DNA of 32,787 bases, the filler included, from the NCBI RefSeq assembly GCF_002087085.1. It is 15 parts of 15 records of this genome, joined end to end, with 100 filler letters (N's around TTAATTAATTAA, not from the genome) between each part and the next. Parts side by side here need not be neighbours in the genome. Positions count along the whole stretch, not along the records: positions 29,176 to 30,497 come from NZ_MWQY01000059.1; positions 30,598 to 31,679 come from NZ_MWQY01000060.1; positions 31,780 to 32,787 come from NZ_MWQY01000061.1; 12 more parts are not named here. One strand, 5' to 3'. Under the pieces are notes generated by a model, which saw only the letters and a program-made list of their open reading frames with translations, did not search any database and was not told the DNA's origin. Position 1 is the first letter of the stretch, and every line of letters starts with the position of its first letter. Made by a program: the position numbers and the translations under genes. This document shows, one piece after another, positions 29,176-32,787 of this stretch.

Positions 29176-30495
29176 CAGGGCGAACGCACATAGATATGCA
29201 TGAACAGGCGGCGGTCGATAGGCTTTTCTGTATTAATATACAACAGAAGTGAATTCTTATACTACTAGACTTTTTCAACTCCTTATTTGATAATGGATTA
29301 GAGTATAAGGAGTGCATATGAAGAAGCCGACAGCATCCATCGTTGATCATTTTGAGGAATTAGCAGATCCCAGAATCGAACGAAACAAGAAGCACGCCCT
29401 GATAGACATCATCGTTCTGACGATTTGTGCTGTTATCACGGGGAGTGAAACCTGGGAGGAGATTGAAGATTATGGTCACTACAAAGAAGAGTGGCTCAAA
29501 TCGTTTCTCCCCTTGCAAAATGGCATTCCTTCACATGATACCATCCGCCGGCTTTTCATCCGACTCAATCCTGACGAGCTTCAGCGGTGCTTCATGAGCT
29601 GGATAGAAGCCGTACGAGATGTTATAGCCGGTGATGTCATCGCAGTAGATGGGAAAACACTCAGACGAAGCGGAGACCAGGTGAGCGGGAAATTGCCTAT
29701 CCATATGGTCAGTGCCTGGGCCGCAGGGAGTGGGGTACTCCTGGGACAGAAGAAGACTGCAGAGAAATCAAACGAGATAACCGCCATTCCTGCCCTACTG
29801 GAATTGCTCAAGATTAAGGGGTGTATTGTTACGATCGATGCCATTGGCTGTCAGAGTGAGATTGCAGCAACTATTCAGAACAAGAAAGCTGACTATGTCC
29901 TTGCGCTGAAAGGAAATCAGAAGAATCTCCATGAGGACGTGAAATACTTCTATCATGAGCTGGAAGAGAAGGACTTAGCAGAAGAGTGGCTCGATAGTCA
30001 TACAACAGTCGATAAAGACCATGGACGCATTGAGATCCGTGAATACTATCAGAGCGATGAGATCGCTTGGCTCCCGGAACTAAAGAACTTTGTCGGGGCA
30101 AAGACCATCGGAATGGTAAAGGCAACCCGGATTATTGGCAAAAAGCAATCGACCGAATGTCGATACTATATCTCAAGCTTGCCGATAGATGCACAGCGCT
30201 TTGCCCATGCGGTACGCTCGCATTGGAGTGTGGAGAACACCCTTCATTGGACATTGGATATGACGTTCAGGGAAGATGATTCCCGGATGCGCGAAGGTTA
30301 TTCGGCAGAGAACTTTGCCATGATGCGACGGTTAGCGTTGAGTTTGATGAAACGAGATAAGTACTCGAAGAAATCATTGAAACGTCGCAGAAGGATTGCT
30401 CATCTCGATAACTCATACTTAACCCAAATGCTGTTTAGTTCTGACGAGGCTATCGACCGCCGCCTGCCTGGATGAGTTTATGTGCGTTCGCCCTG
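29176..30495 (+). mobile_element. Second ISAs1-family element
   Basis: Perfect 17-bp TIR CAGGGCGAACGCACATA. Confidence 0.93.
29318..30475 (+). CDS. ISAs1-family transposase
   Basis: Same motif set (GIPSHDT, AVDGKT, KSNEITAIP, HWSVENTLHW); AAGGAG RBS. Confidence 0.95.
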   Translation: MKKPTASIVDHFEELADPRIERNKKHALIDIIVLTICAVITGSETWEEIEDYGHYKEEWLKSFLPLQNGIPSHDTIRRLFIRLNPDELQRCFMSWIEAVRDVIAGDVIAVDGKTLRRSGDQVSGKLPIHMVSAWAAGSGVLLGQKKTAEKSNEITAIPALLELLKIKGCIVTIDAIGCQSEIAATIQNKKADYVLALKGNQKNLHEDVKYFYHELEEKDLAEEWLDSHTTVDKDHGRIEIREYYQSDEIAWLPELKNFVGAKTIGMVKATRIIGKKQSTECRYYISSLPIDAQRFAHAVRSHWSVENTLHWTLDMTFREDDSRMREGYSAENFAMMRRLALSLMKRDKYSKKSLKRRRRIAHLDNSYLTQMLFSSDEAIDRRLPG

Positions 30496-30597
30496 GGNNN
30501 NNNNNNNNNNNNNNNNNNNNNNNNNNNNNNNNNNNNNNNNNTTAATTAATTAANNNNNNNNNNNNNNNNNNNNNNNNNNNNNNNNNNNNNNNNNNNN

Positions 30598-31555
30598 TAA
30601 TTGCAGCAGAGATCTTGGCTCCAAACTCATAGGCTCCTCTGGCCTTACCGCGGGCGATGGGCCTCACATGGGGCTGCGACAAACTGACGATTTTTCCACG
30701 GATAGAATGTTTATGCTCACGGTACAGATACATCTGCTGATCATAGGCCTTCTGAATTACCAGTAAATCCTTATACTCTTTCCGACTCAAGGTACTCATT
30801 GGAACAGTTTTGATTAATTCCTTAACTGTCTTTAAGTTACGCCGTACATACTGCAGCTGCTGCCGGGTTGCTTTCCGTATCTGCTGTCGTGTCCTTCGCC
30901 GGCCCCGTGCAAAGGTCAGATATTGGTTCCGTGCTCGTATCCGGTAGGTTCTCGGTTTCTTCTTAAGGCCACTTTCGGCGTACAGGGTATCAATAATACC
31001 TTCAAGCTTCTTCCGCGCGTCATCAAGCAAGCCAACATCAGTTGGAAAACGGATGTCCTGCGGAATACAGGTTGCATCCAGTATCAACTGACCCTCATTA
31101 TCCTGATCATCGTCACTATCGTCTTTTTTATCGCTCTTTTTACTCTGTTTCTTTTCCACAAACTTCTTGGCGATAAGCTCATTCACTTCCGCGATAATCT
31201 CACTCCCCAGGCGTTTTCGAAAATACACCATCAGACTCGCTTCAAAGATGGGGTCTTCCTGATAAGATTCAAAGCCAAGAAAATATTGCAGATACGGATT
31301 CTCCTGAATCTGCATAATCGTCTCTTCATCTGTTACATTCAATTTTTCTTTTATTATCAATGCACCCAAAGCAACTCGTACACTTTTTGCCCGCCGTCCT
31401 TTCTTTTTGGAAAAAGAATTGGCATACCGCGGTTCTATCTCTTTCCAGGGAATGATCCTGGACATTTGTACCCAACGGTTATCTGCTCGCAGCCGGCCAC
31501 CAAAAGGCAGGTAGAAATCCACAAACTCAGGGTAAGCTATTCGCTTTTTGTACAA
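30598..31555 (-). CDS. IS5-family transposase, 3'-truncated at the contig edge
   Basis: FYLPFGGRL..DNRWV, ENPYLQYFLG, LDATCIPQDIRFPTD, RPIARGKA..YEFGAK; TTG start after GGAGG. Confidence 0.9.
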
Positions 31556-31679
31556 ATCACCCTCCAATCAAGTGCACGGCTTTTTGGCCATTTTTCGCAT
31601 TTTCCGTGCACCTTAACAGGAGAAATCCTAACATATTTCCCCGCTCTATGGGAATTTATCTATTTTTCAGGAGACCCTA
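30598..31679 (-). mobile_element. IS5-family element, partial (left end and 5' part)
   Basis: Terminus GGGTCTCCTGAAAAA, also seen at its insertion site 12375-12429. Confidence 0.85.
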
Positions 31680-31812
31680 NNNNNNNNNNNNNNNNNNNNN
31701 NNNNNNNNNNNNNNNNNNNNNNNTTAATTAATTAANNNNNNNNNNNNNNNNNNNNNNNNNNNNNNNNNNNNNNNNNNNNCAATATATACCGCGTTTAGCT
31801 TTTTTTCAATAT

Positions 31813-31986
31813 ATATAACATCCAATTGAGCTGCGTGGCGTTAAGTTGGCATGCGTTTGTGCTGCTACCGAACCAACAGTATATCATCAGTTTCGCTCGC
31901 ATCACCTTCGTTATATCTACTCTATTATTGGAACCAGTAGCACAAACCATGACAATAGCCACGTCTGCTCCAATTGCAGGTTATAC
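31813..31986 (-). repeat. Integron attC site (174 bp)
   Basis: Minus strand GTATAAC-ctgca-ATTGGAGCAGACGTGGC...GCCACGCAGCTCAAT-tggat-GTTATAT. Confidence 0.92.
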
Positions 31987-31992
31987 CGTAAA

Positions 31993-32694
31993 TTATTCAC
32001 TACTATATTGATAAGATAATTGCTCCGGGAGATCTTCCCATACTCTTTTTATCGCTGAAGCATAAGAAATAAGTGTTTCAGAATTAATATTCAAGGTTTC
32101 TTCCAAGAGTGTTGTCCTATATAGGTTCATCAAGTCAGTGTCATCAGCGTTAACAAATATATTCCCATTCTTTTCCCTTAATTCTTGTGAGGATCTACCA
32201 TGACCATGCTTAATAACATTACATAATAATCTGAGCTCATCCAATACTGTCCAGTCATTTAAAGATTCAAAATCAAATCCGAAGTCTCTATACAAATTAG
32301 GAATATCATTATATTTCGCGATGAATGAGCTAAATTCAACATGTACATACCGTCGAATTTCATCGTATAAGAATATACGCATTTGCTGATGATAGAATTC
32401 AAACAAAGTGGCATGCCATGTAGCTGTCGCTGTATATAATCCCAATCTAAGCATATTGTATCTTCTAAAACCGTAGTCATATGCTAGTTCAGCCATATCA
32501 TAACCGTCAGCATATTCATCAGCAGGCATGGACATTATTTCATTAAAGTATTGCTCTGCAGCTTCATTTGCCTCTGTATCAATATTTTGAAATTGCGGAA
32601 GTATTTTTTGGATATAGGGATCAATAAAATCATCAATTTGATTTTTATGAAGTTCCCTTCTCATGGGGTGTAAGAATATCCAGATATCTCTCAT
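31993..32694 (-). CDS. Cassette protein of unknown function with HEPN-like R-x-H motif
   Basis: Single ORF between GTTATAC (32737) and the complementary GTATAAC (31986); ELRLLCNVIKHGHG; AAGGGGA RBS before ATG 32694. Confidence 0.7.
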   Translation of the reverse strand: MRDIWIFLHPMRRELHKNQIDDFIDPYIQKILPQFQNIDTEANEAAEQYFNEIMSMPADEYADGYDMAELAYDYGFRRYNMLRLGLYTATATWHATLFEFYHQQMRIFLYDEIRRYVHVEFSSFIAKYNDIPNLYRDFGFDFESLNDWTVLDELRLLCNVIKHGHGRSSQELREKNGNIFVNADDTDLMNLYRTTLLEETLNINSETLISYASAIKRVWEDLPEQLSYQYSSE

Positions 32695-32730
32695 TATGTT
32701 ATCCCCTTTCAATACTTCAAATTTTTATCG

Positions 32731-32787
32731 GTATAACATCCAATTGAGCTGTGTGGCGTTAAGCTGGCATGTGTTTGTGCTGCAACT
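32731..32787 (-). repeat. attC right arm (cut at the window end)
   Basis: Minus strand AGCACAAACACATGCCAGCTTAACGCCACACAGCTCAATTGGATGTTATAC. Confidence 0.88.

Noticed and set aside
27751..30495. ISAs1 (H-repeat) elements as part of the Rhs loci, as in E. coli
   Set aside because: They are on separate contigs with no end overlaps to the Rhs contigs; linkage cannot be supported.

Overview
This window is not a continuous locus. It is 15 short contigs (about 1.0-4.6 kb) joined by artificial N50-TTAATTAATTAA-N linkers, apparently the repeat-rich tail of a draft assembly, and several contig ends carry exact 55-bp overlaps. The 16S gene points to a spirochaete (Spirochaetaceae-like), and one contig is Saccharomyces cerevisiae EF-1alpha contamination. 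Contents: (1) three Rhs/YD-repeat polymorphic toxin genes with a near-identical core, unrelated ~190-aa C-termini and envelope-targeted candidate immunity genes; (2) pieces of an integron cassette array with long (~172 bp) canonical attC sites, carrying two VapBC-type TA pairs, two HEPN-motif proteins, an HXXEE protein and an IS30-containing cassette with no other ORF; no integrase is present in the window; (3) IS elements: IS1380 x2, IS1182, IS110/IS1111, ISAs1 x2, IS5, IS30, an IS3 remnant and IS66-like ends. Most notable: every Rhs toxin-immunity module is followed by a ~72-bp attC-like hairpin that shares the L''/L' arms of the host's true attC sites but has an AAT/ATT core instead of AAC/GTT. 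On contig 2 these hairpins sit within a repeated GxxExxY-gene unit, which suggests a cassette-type, possibly recombinase-shuffled, Rhs toxin array. Separately, the reconstructed IS1111-type target resembles the inner loop of the long attC sites.
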